From Tubiluchus corallicola (taxonomy: Eukaryota; Animalia; Priapulida), in the NCBI GenBank assembly GCA_030141605.1, contig JAQGDQ010000071.1:289605-353604 (forward strand): 64,000 bases of DNA, written 5' to 3'. A model generated the notes under the pieces. It was not told the DNA's origin and did not search any database. It worked only from the letters and a program-made list of their open reading frames with translations. Position numbers and translations under genes: made by a program. Below, in pieces: positions 33,101 through 43,885 of this stretch (position 1 is its first letter; each line of letters opens with the position of its first letter).

Positions 33101-36100
33101 AGTATTGTCAATGGGCTTTTGGCTTATTCTACTGTTTTCTAAGCATTAAGAAGTCTGGCTCCCATGTAGAGCAATGTCCTGCTTCAATAGAAATACAGAC
33201 AACAAGGCTATATGGTCGTTTTCATTTTTACTATGTTTTCCTATGCCAACTTTACTCGAATAGCAAATCTTCTTACGAAAACAGTACATGCAATAAAATT
33301 TCAAAAGAGTTAATATTTTATGTCAATAACTAATATTTGTTTAGGTAATGTGCCTTGGTATTCGGAGGCGTGCTCGTCTACACTAGCAACTACTTATAGC
33401 AGCGGTAACAAGGATGAACGACAAATCGTATGTTTTGATAATTTAGTAAAAATACCATCTGCTACAAGAATTTTAAAAACGTTGCGATAGTACATGCACA
33501 TTGCACAATTTAGTTACAGTGCAAAAAATGTCGTAACAGTTGTGCATTACCATGTTAATATGTTCATCTTCACATTGTTATATTAAAGGGACACCAGCTT
33601 ATGAATATTTCTTCAATCTTATTAGCAAGCATCACCAATGCCCAATTTGCTACTGTTAATACATATATGATACATTGTATCGCCATCTACTAATATAACT
33701 TTTGAACTAACAAGAGCTTGTGTGCCTTTAATAGTAATGTAGAAATAATAGTGCCATTCCAGTTGCTAAGATCCATGTCCTGGGGGGGGGGGGAGGAGGC
33801 TGATGAACTTTTACATTTTGCTTCTTCTGCACATTTTCAGGCTACAACTGATTTGCGGCAAAGATGTACTTATAATCATACAGGGACTTCGGCTTCTGCT
33901 CCGTTAGCTGCTGGAATTGTTGCTCTCGCTCTAGAAGCCAAGTAAGTTTATATATATATTTCAGTATCATGCGAACTGAACTGTAAAAGCCAAGCATCAG
34001 GCTTACAACTATTATAAATTTAGGAAATTTGATTTGTCAAGAGAGAGAATAGAGAGCTCTAACTTGATTTGTAACATTAAATTTGATTGATTTTTAAGAT
34101 TTTCTAATAGCTGGTCCGTTTGAGGCTGTTATTTCATGTGCAGTGCACTCCAAAAGGTGTAACAATTTATGCAGTGACAACTTCAATGGACTGGACAGTT
34201 TTATTCTGAATTGCTATTTTCTAAATAAATTGCTTTTGTTTGTTGCTAAATTTCAAAAAAAAAAAAACAAAACCCAAAAAAAACAAAAAAACACAAAAAC
34301 AAAAACCCCCAAACCATTTAAATCAATTTGGCTGTGGATCAGTTGTTCATAATAAAAAATATTTTCGTAATTTAGCTAGTGTTGTCAATTTTCATGTAAA
34401 GAATGTAATTACCAATTTTTCTACATGCTTTATAGGAAATAAATTGCCTACCAGTCACTTTTATTTTAAATCAGAGTCTTATTGTTATTATGATAGTATC
34501 TGATGAACATATTGAAATAATCTCGAATAAGATCAGTTTCTAAGTTGCTATGGCCATTATCCAGCTCCTGTTATTGATTCACTTCTGCACATTTCGATTG
34601 GTTGCTGTTAAATCATTTATGTATCACAATTGTATTACAGTCCCAGGTTGACGTGGCGTGATCTACAGCACATTGTTGTTAGGACTGCTAACCCGGCTAA
34701 TCTTTATGCGACAGACTGGAAAGTGAATGGTGTTGGCCGGAAAGGTAACATTTGCCTCAAATAAATTAATTTTTATGCGTCAGTTTCATATGTATTCATA
34801 ATTTTATGTTACACATTCATATTGTGTTAAACCATGAAAGAGAAAATAATTAATAATAGTTGTGTAAAAATGATGCATGACATTTGACAATGCCACTGAA
34901 CACACATGATTATGAAGCGCTGCACAGAACTGTACAGAAGCATCTGGAAAAGTAGTTGAGTTTGCCTTGTTTGTCCTGAATTCATACATAATTTGCAGGC
35001 CTCACATGCCAGTCTATTTCAAGTATGTTGTGAGAAAATCAATCTGTTTTTAAGTCAATAATTTACTTTTAGTAACTAAATCTGAACTCATTAACATGCG
35101 TTACTGTTTGTTTTATTCTTGTTCATGCTGCACTGTGTTAAACATAATAAACATGTAATATTTTTTGGTGCAAATTTAATCAGCAGTTTTGTTTTAAAGT
35201 TTATCATAAAACATACGCGTTTGTAGTGAGTCATGAGTCCGGCTATGGGGTGCTTGATTGTAAGCCACTTTTTAAGAAACACTTAAATTTTAAATGGAGG
35301 AAAATTATAAATCAGAAAATGTGTATGAAGGCTTTTTGCTGGAATTCAGCTATTACTCTTTGAATTAAGTGTATTTGCAGTTGATTATCATTGGTACAAA
35401 ATGCTTTTTGTTGTGTTAAGCTGAAAAATCAAGTTGTGGGACATTTGGTTTTCTTGTTATATTGAGTTTGTTCCAGCAAAACCACAATCCCTGTTCATTT
35501 GCATGTCAAAATTGTGAATGCTCAAACGTTTTGAGCTTGTTTGCCTTTTATTTACAGTGAGTCATGCATTTGGTTATGGCTTGATGGATGCAGAAAAGAT
35601 GGTAAAAGTGGCAGCAAACTGGACAAGCGTCCCAAACCAACATCGGTGCGAAGTACCGGCACTGTCAATCAAGTATGAATCGACAGCTGTGTTAACCAAT
35701 AGTCTTTTGCCATGACTTTGCTGCAGTCTTTAATATTATTCATGACTATTTTTGCTAGTTGTTTACTTTTCCAGAGTTGTTGCTTGTCTTGCTAGTAGTA
35801 CTTGGGAAATATACCATATATCTCTATAAATTTGGCACCAAATGTTAATTTAGTATATTATTCTTGGCTATGATCCTCATTGCATAACATTTGTGAGAAA
35901 GTCTGATGGACTTTTTTCAATGTCATGGATCATGAATCTTGGCTGAACTTTACATTTAGTTACAAGACTTTGCAATTACAAGCTGCAATTACATCTTAGT
36001 CCCTGTTTTAGGTTAAAATTTCTTGTAATTTTAGTAATGAACTGTGCATTTCTTTTTGTCTACATACAAGGACTAAAAGGTTGCAGATGCTTTTGTTAAA

Positions 36101-38990
36101 AGACATTAAATTTCGTTTTGTACAATTATTGAATCAGCCACTTTGGTTAGTTAATTGAAACAAGTTTGCAGTGTACTTTTGTTTTTGGTAAGTCTAAGCT
36201 TTTATATTACAGAAAGACCATTCCTGGTCATGGTGCTGCTAAATTCACTATTGATACTAATGGCTGCGAAGGCATGCATAACCACGTTAAGTATCTAGAG
36301 CATGTCATGGCTAAAGTTACTCTAACTGCTGGTATGTATGTGTTTGACTTTCATAAAAGCAGCGTTTACTCTATGGAAAATTCTGCGACGATAGCGAAAT
36401 TTTGTTTTTAAAAGAAAATTTATTTGTCATAACTATAAACAAAACTGATGAGACTATCTTTGGAACTTTTTGCATTTCAAATTTGTTCTGAAATACCCAG
36501 AAAGAGGTCCTTACCTCATAGTTCTTCAGCTTATTTTTATAGTCCGAAGTTTATAAAAAATAAATCATGATGAAGTTGCATCATCACCGTAAATTAATTC
36601 TGTGTCTTTGAATTACATTATTAGCTGCAATGCACTCTTTGACTTTTTCACTTGTTTTGAAGTAGATTATGATTAGTTGTTATTTCTTATTGTCTTATTG
36701 TTTTTGTTTTATGCTGACTCTTTGTAGACAAAAAGCATAAGGATTGTAAGCACGGTGAGTTCTAGTGTCTAAGTAGAAGTAGTGGTATATAGGTTGCCTA
36801 TTTCATAGTCGATTAATCGGATGGCAAACCAATTCGATTATCGATTATAATAATAATTAAAACAAAAATAAAGAGTCAAGTTTTAAATTTGGCCACGTTA
36901 TTATTTTAATAATCAACAGAAACATGTTAGTGGCAAACAGAGTGGTCACATGCGCACTTGAAAATGATAAGTTCGTAATTGTGAGAAACCTTTGTTCAAA
37001 TGGCGGTGCCAGCATGCCAAGTTACTGCACAATGGTAGTGTCGTCTTACTTGATTTTATTATGATGATAGCTATATGTGACTATGTAATGCTAATACATT
37101 TGCCTTGCATTGGCAGGTGAAAAAATAATCGATAATCGGAAATAAAGGCAACCACTATTTGGTAGACAAAGTCAGCTTGTTGAGATTATTTCATTTCATT
37201 TTGTGAAGATTAACCCTGTTTGGAGTCATTTTGCAGAAGTTTAAGTATACTCTGATTTTTCTGGAGTCAAACCTGTCTTCAATTTCACTTTTGTTGCTTT
37301 TTCGCTTTTATAAACAACTTCCAGTTGTTCTTAGATCTACTAAATTGTTATCCAATAGGGCGCAGAGGTGATACGGAAATATTTCTTATTTCTCCCATGG
37401 GTACAAGAAGTACTTTGCTGGCACGACGACCGAGAGACGTGTCACGAGGTGGCTTCAATGAATGGGAATTCATGACGGTGCACAACTGGGGAGAAGAAGC
37501 TTATGGAACTTGGACTCTTGAAATCAATAATCTTGGTGCTCATGGTTAGTTTATAATTTATTATTAATTTTGTTATTATTTGCTAACAAATGCCACGAAG
37601 TGTGAAGTCCAGAAAACTGAAAACGTTTGTTAAGAGAGGTTCTGACATCATTTGCCCTAACTAGAATGTTTCATAGTCCCAGATATTTTAAGTAAATGTG
37701 GTTAATAAGAGTATTGATTTTTACAGTAGTACTATAAATATGGCAGTCAGTTTCAAATGCCTTATAATTTGCTTGAAGTCATCAGTGCATTAGTATTAAT
37801 TATTGTTTGTAATTATGTAATTTGCACCTGTTGAAACTAAATTATGCCTTCAAGACAATTAAAAATAATTTAGGAACTAATATTTTGAAGTAACATCTTT
37901 TCCATTTGTATTAAATCTTCTTTCAGATTAAGATTGAACATCAAGATTGTTTTTGTTTGTTGAAGAGTGCAGTGATTCTGTAGAAGGCTATTTTTCTTAT
38001 CTTTGCTGTCTTTGCTAACACTCTAACATAGTGGGCTCACTTGCGCAATGCCTGTAGCATAAGCATCAACACTTATGTTCCAGTCGAGGGATCCATCTTA
38101 TTTTGTTAATATGCATCTATAGTGCGTGTGTATAGCTAGTTGTCAAATCTTGAGAAACTTCATTTTCTAATCGGTTTTACATTATGTCAAATGGACACCT
38201 ATATGTAATTTTGAAACTGTGTCAGTGTCAGCAATTTTAAATTGTGATCTTATATTAAATATTGCTGATAATAGTAGGACGTTTGATAAAAGTGTAAACA
38301 GTAAAAAGAATTCTTATAAGATAAGATACTAAGTTTCTTAATTATTCCCTTTCTGTAGCCGTACGTGTATCTGTGTTTACTATTCATAGATCCTTTACTA
38401 TAGAAAGTTTACTATTCATTCTAGGAAACTGTTTCATTATTATATTTTTATAATTACTTGCATGTTTAGACTCCAAACTTGTAGACTGGAGCCTCATCAT
38501 GATGGGAACCAGCAAACGACCTGTCGCAACCCCTCGTCGCCATTCTAAACACGGCTGGCAATCGTCATCACGCGCTTTCAGTGTGCGGCAACAGAGTAAT
38601 GAGAAACCGCTCTCTCGACCGCGTAGCCGTACTACTCAAACACGGGTTAATCCACAGAATGTCGATATGTGGGCAGTTACAAAACAGTCACCCAAAACCA
38701 TACCCACTATACCTTATTCTCGCAAGAAAACCAAGTTAGCTAAACCGACTCCTCGTTTTCACTTTACCACTCCTATCCCTGACTTTGTGCGCGATTACCG
38801 CCCCCAGCAGAATGATCACACACCTAAACATAGCTACCACACCCTGCCAACAGAGCCCTCTATAGGGAGATCAGTGATAAAGAACTGTTCAGATATTTTC
38901 TATGACTTTGATCCAAGTCGACATTATATCATCGGCTGGAGAAATGCAACACGGGATGACTTAGGAATACCAGCTCATCAAAAAGGCTAG
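9046..38990 (+). CDS. FURIN: Furin-like proprotein convertase (S8B/kexin family), isoform A with basic Pro/Thr-rich tail, about 741 aa
   Basis: Exons 9046-9216, 17369-17467, 17758-17886, 19043-19171, 22953-23029, 25027-25115, 31241-31413, 32477-32606, 33345-33427, 33841-33941, 34641-34744, 35558-35672, 36213-36331, 37359-37544, 38470-38990; phases are consistent. Signal peptide; prodomain [14 protein letters not shown]; RRVKR/D maturation site; catalytic D (SILDDG), H (RHGTRCAGE), oxyanion N (WASGNGG), S (HTGTSASAP); P domain [17 protein letters not shown]. The symbol means furin-like; exact orthology is untested. Confidence 0.9.
13120..13610 (+). mobile_element. Possible decayed LINE ORF1 fragment
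   Basis: Locally GC-richer block with broken frames, including RPVVVK, which resembles the RPI(I/V)VKF motif of LINE ORF1 proteins. Confidence 0.25.
13620..14835. mobile_element. Foldback-like element with ~15-16-bp modular inverted arms around a microsatellite core
   Basis: About 12 modules like GGAAAGTTTGGTACTA at 13979-14165, and inverted modules like TAGTACCAxxTTTCC at about 14600-14825. Centre is (AAC/GAT/CAG)n. The outer ends are related (CTAG..ATTGG.AAATT.GG.GTAT). Confidence 0.65.
15825..16075 (+). mobile_element. SINE relic with 5S-rRNA-like box C (copy 1)
   Basis: CTGGTCAGCAACTGAATGGGTGACC resembles 5S CTGGTTAGTACTTGGATGGGAGACC. The body shares TACAT.TAGTTCA...GAGAATTA...CTAGGTT with copy 2. 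Confidence 0.45.
17995..18080 (-). mobile_element. tRNA-derived SINE head (degenerate)
   Basis: Minus strand reads GTGGCCTAGTAGCCTAAGG...GGTTCAAGT. Confidence 0.4.
19555..19610. repeat. (AT)n microsatellite
   Basis: Direct reading. Confidence 0.95.
23320..23570 (+). mobile_element. SINE relic with 5S-rRNA-like box C (copy 2)
   Basis: CCTGGATTG...GGATGGGTGACC plus a body similar to copy 1. Confidence 0.45.
25165..25420 (+). mobile_element. tRNA-derived SINE (degenerate)
   Basis: A-box GTGGCTCAGTTGATAAAGTG at about 25182 with a decayed B-box; about 50 nt downstream of a furin exon. Confidence 0.4.
27116..27245. repeat. (GA)n microsatellite
   Basis: Direct reading. Confidence 0.97.
29285..29590 (+). 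mobile_element. SINE relic with tRNA-type A box and 5S-like box C (copy 3)
   Basis: TAGCTGAGTGGT followed by CCTGATTAGTAATTTGCTGGGAGACTGCCAGGAAA, 28/35 identical to the recalled metazoan 5S rRNA internal control region. Confidence 0.55.
36780..37157. mobile_element. hAT-type MITE relic
   Basis: Inverted ends (TAG..)GGTTGCCTATTTC ... GAAATAAAGGCAACCACTA with subterminal CGATTA/TAATCG motifs on both sides. No clean TSD. Confidence 0.5.
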
Positions 38991-41030
38991 AAATATTCTA
39001 CATTCTTATTATTGTGTTTATGTTTAATCTCCCATTACGTTAATTCTGGTGGTTTGGTCTTCTCACACTTTAGTTTTTCACCTTTGGTGCAATGTTCTGC
39101 ATCTGTGTCATACTGGTGTATTAGATTTGTAGCAGAATAATCCTTTCAGTTTCATTTGCTGCTTTCCAAAAAGTTTTTGCTTACTGTACTGTTACACACT
39201 TAGCTAACAATGTAGATAAAAAGAAAACTACATAATTATCTAACTGTGGTAGATGTAATGATAACATGGTGTTGGTAATACAGTTTTGTAATGCTCTAGT
39301 TGTTTGTACCAGTAGCGACAGTTCATGATGAGAACAGAGGCATTTGGATCTTTGCAGAAAATTTTATAAGATTCTCAAAAATTGCAAGATTTCGGCATTG
39401 TCAAAACATTGTGAATTATTAATTTACTCCATCTTTGTGTATTATTGCATATAACTAGCACTAGTGAAGTATATTATGCATTGATACACTTTTTTGTACT
39501 AAGATACTTTTGCATAACTCCAGTGCACTTCGCAGTCTGATAACTGCAACAAGAAGCAATTTAAAATGAGAACTTTTGTGGTATTTTAATTTTCCTCACT
39601 GCTTACAATTTTTTTGCAATTTATTTATGACAGAAATACCTCTTTAACCTTGCTCATTTAGTAACATGTTTAAGTGGACATTGTTTCCAATTAATTGCTG
39701 GTACTGTACATTTGAGGAAGTCATTGTAAAATCTAAGCCGTGATTGTTTATTGTTGTTTACACAAGATGTCTGTGCAACTATGCCTTAATTCAGTTATCT
39801 CTCAAATCATTATTTTAAGACTGTATAAGAGGTATTACTGTAATGAGTATTATTTTCTGCAGTTTCCACCTTTCCTCACCAATTTCCTGTCTGGTGTATT
39901 TTGTTTTTCTTTTTCCAATTCAAACCACTATGTTACAACACTTTTCTTTATTATGTATGTTAGTGTTAGAAAATTCTCAGTAACAATTAAACATTGGGAC
40001 AAAGTCTGATAAATTGTCTGAGTTGCTTTACATTTTGCTTACTAGTTGAGTGGCACCTAAGGATCTTTTCATGAATTTTAACTTTAAGACAAAAATTTAT
40101 GAAAAAAATAAGATAATTAATTATCTGTAAATCAAATGAGCATTTACTTTTCTAAAAACGGACAAGAACAGTCAGTTGTTTGGACTGACATGATTGGCCA
40201 CTTGATATTTTGCTTCCATTATTCTTAGTTATCACTTAACTTTGTTTGCACGATTGCACCATGTTCATACGGGTCTTTCATTTGAATGAAGCACCAGTTT
40301 GTGAAATGATGTGCGTTGACATGTGATTTCTTGCACTTTCACTTTGACTGTTACTTTGTGGTGAGTTTGTTGCAAAGCTACTTTTGCAAGGGTTCTGTCT
40401 GCGTGTACAGTGTAAATTTTCACTCCAAATAAGATAGTCAGAAACAGATGAACATCAATGTTTTGATGTGCTAAAATGCTCTGATTTTAGTTGCTCGTAA
40501 AGTTGTCATCTTTTTTTTAAACCAGCAAATATTTCTTTGAAGTGAAAATAGTTTAGTTGGAAACAGGACCATTGGAATGTTTTTGCAGTGAGTTTAATTT
40601 GATGGAAAAACAACTTGTAATTTTGATCAGGGCATAGCTGTACAGCGTCACTAGCATATGAATTCTGTAGAACTAGTTTTCAAGTTTGTTTGTTTGCCTT
40701 GCACTTCTTTCATTGCATGTGAATGTGGCACTAATTTCTTACACTCAGCAGTTCGTTCTACGCAAGTACTGCCTAATCATGTGCAGTTTTTATTTTTATA
40801 CTTTGTCTTAATTATTTGTGTCTTAAATTTTTAAATGGAAATGCAAACTTGGATAGTAGAATGATCGGGATTATACAGTTTAAATTTTAATTTCAGTTTA
40901 TTCAATTTAAATTAAGTATTATTTGCCAAATTGTATGAAAGGTGTAGTATAATATGGATTTATATCATAAATAAATGATTGTTTACCTTGCCCAAGTGTA
41001 AATTACTAAATGATTCTTATCTACTTGCAG

Positions 41031-41224
41031 CTTCCGACTTGCACTCATGGACACTAATCATGTATGGCACTTCGCCTAAAGGATACCAAAGCTCAAAGCT
41101 AGGTTATCAGGAGGGAACTTGTCTAATGTATAACAGTGCCACCTTGTGTCGATTATCAGTAGTACCACTCATTGCTTTATCTTTGATAATGGCATCTGTA
41201 TCATTGTGTTCGGTGGAAAGGTGA
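41031..41224 (+). CDS. FURIN: Alternative terminal exon B of the furin-like convertase (isoform about 632 aa, hydrophobic C-terminus)
   Basis: Acceptor CTACTTGCAG; phase 1 matches donor 37544. Encodes ASDLHSWTLIMYGTSPKG...NSATLCRLSVVPLIALSLIMASVSLCSVER*. WTLIMYGT is the canonical last P-domain strand. AATAAA at 41287. Confidence 0.85.
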
Positions 41225-42764
41225 GACACCAATGCCTTTAGGCTCAACGTTCCAAAAACTACAGGTGTTTATGCATTCCGATTTCTAATAAAAACTTACA
41301 TTTTTTAGCGATTTTAAGATGTTAAAATGGAAATTATGTAAAAAAACTCGCTAGTTCAACTTTGCTAGTCACAAGAATCATTGAAAAATTATTCATCTAC
41401 ATGAACATTTTCAAACCAAGTTTGCCTGTAATATACATATGTTTAGTCAGTGAAGTGTGGTTTATTGCTGCTTACCTAATTGCCACCATCAAAAAGAATC
41501 AAAGACAATGAATGCTCATATATAATGGTTAATATCCAAGTTCATTTTCTAGTCATGGTTGTAATTATTGTGTACTGTGCACTTTTAAGTTTTTGGTACT
41601 GATTTTAAGCGTTTATTGATCTGTGTAACTTGAAATTGCCAGTGTTTTGTATCAGCCTTTTTTTATTTCCTAAAAATGAAAGAGATCTCATTTTTGTTGT
41701 GTTTTATCATTTTCCTCACAAAGTGCCAGAATCTCTTATCACAGTTTTCTAATTTTAAACTGATACATGTATCACTTGTTTCTGAAGTTCAGTGACGATT
41801 TTACATAAATGTTAAATTACTTTATATACTTCTTTTAAATGAATGAAAACTATGCGACTTAATCGCTAAATTCAGTAGCAGATGATGTAGGCTATTAAAT
41901 TAGTTTTTAATAATCTAAGGGAAAAAATCAGCAAATGTAGAAAAATTAAAGTTATTTTTTGCCAATTTTTGCTCAATTTAAGACTCACAGCTTTAGAATT
42001 CAGCCAAAAACTGTCAGTGAATATTTATCCATACAGATTGATGCAGAGCTGAAAATTGATAGTAGTCTCCGTTGTAAAAGGTGATCATCCATAAGTTTTG
42101 TTAACCTATAAACATAATTATGACTGAGAGCAAACTGATTTTCTTAGAACCATGTTTTTCAGCCATTACTTTTGTTTACTTGTTACATGACTGGTGTAAT
42201 GCGTCTTTTGCCTCATGTTAGTTAGTAGTTATATAAACGTAATTAGTTGATAGTATGAACAAATTGGCATTTGTTGCTGTTTATTACTGTATGATAGCGT
42301 GAATATGATACATTTTACATACATATCACTTTCTGTGCTTTTATTTTGCATTTTTAAGTTTAAATCATTTTTAAAATCTCATTTTAAGAATGGAGAGTCA
42401 GGGCAAATTTTTGCCATCACTTAAATATTCAAAGAGGTATTCGATTTATTGTCTGTTTACATTTGTGGAGTAGTCTGTGGAGTCCTAAAAATTCCGTAAA
42501 TTATAAAATTGCATAAAATTGTACATATATGACGAAATTCTGTTGCATCTATTAAGGATTTTATCAGACAGTCTTTCATTTTAATGTTGCTACTGTCATT
42601 AATGTCAATTTTCATTTAGTTAAACTTACATGTACACATTGTACCTATAGACATTAACAACTAAAATGATTCGGTTTATGTAGCAATAATTGTTTACCTA
42701 GAGATTTGCCATAAAATGTAAATACTGCTTCAGTGCTTGATATGTCAAGCATCACTAGTTTCTA

Positions 42765-42770
42765 AATAAA
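42765..42770 (+). terminator. Candidate distal poly(A) signal of the convertase gene
   Basis: AATAAA at the end of about 1.5 kb of UTR-like AU-rich sequence after stop 41224. Confidence 0.45.
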
Positions 42771-42818
42771 CTTATGAAAGATTCTCATTTTTACAACATT
42801 AACCACTTGTTCATCAAC

Positions 42819-42824
42819 TTTATT
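42819..42824 (-). terminator. Candidate poly(A) signal of LRRC71
   Basis: TTTATT on + equals AATAAA on -, facing the + strand signal 48 nt away. Confidence 0.45.
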
Positions 42825-43885
42825 TTCATCAATCTTCGAATAGCAAAAGTAAGAACAGTTTACACTGCAACTACAGTACATTTTAATTATTTTAGCTTGC
42901 AAAACACATGTATAATGTTCTCATTTTTCAAAAAAATCTAGTAAGTTCATTTTTGGGCAAAATTGAATTATTGGCAGCAGAGTATTCTTAATACGATAAT
43001 GCATCTTCCCACCAGATGATATGATGATCTAAAGCTTATTAAGTGAATTACTGACAAATTATGAAATGTGCTAAGCCCATTTTCAAACGCTGAAATTTTC
43101 AAACAAATCTAGCAAGTCCACAGAGGAAAGTCGGCTTCAACCAATTACTAGGTGTATGGCAATTATGGAATCAGAAGGCGCTAACAGGTGAACAGCCAGA
43201 TAGGGTGTTCAACCCTTTAAGGAGAATGGAGTAATATATGCTATCCTCTAATTGTGGCAGTTTGAACTGCTGAGTGGTTGCTTTAGTATATTTGATTGCC
43301 AGGTTAGTTTCATTTGAGCACATGCCGGAACGTAGCAAGTCCCGACACTTTTTGAAAATAAGCAGCACCTACAGAAGTGCACTTGTAGTTCAGCTTTAGT
43401 GCAACATAGTAAGTCCATGAATTAAAAAACTACTTCACTAATAGTATTAGCGTGTATTCATAACAAATTTTAAAGTAATCCAATTAAACTGTTGCTCTTT
43501 TGCAAAAGAAAACAGTTTTCCTGTTTTTCTCAAAATTAGCTGAAGCGGACCTACTAGGCTTTTCCTGAAAATGACGGAATGTAATAGTCATATGAAAATC
43601 AAGCACATGCAACAAAACCAAAGTGTATTTCTTAGAGGTATAAACATACAAAATTGATATTCAAGTTCATAGATTTATCTAATTTACTTAGCAATATATC
43701 ATATATGTTCAAGAACATGTTAAGGTACAATAAATAACAAAACATACCAATCTCATAATGGCTGATGGCAGAATCACATGATAGCATGGATGGTGGAAAA
43801 AGCTCATTGTGTAGCAGATCCAGCTGATAAAATTTAAATTTTGTGACTTATTGCATTTGGGTCATTTAAAAAAGTGAACCTATTT

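Noticed and set aside
34500-34525. CTGATGA...GAAA hammerhead-like core (also about 28540-28563 on minus)
   Set aside because: No stem II or flanking helices can be formed.
39000-41000. Search for furin Cys-rich repeat or transmembrane exons
   Set aside because: No CxxC-patterned open exon with usable splice sites was seen here or in 41225-42800. A manual read could miss a very short exon.
43171-43368. 65-aa minus ORF as an extra LRRC71 coding exon
   Set aside because: It lies downstream of the in-frame stop at 43886 and has no LRRC71 similarity; at most a 3'-UTR exon.
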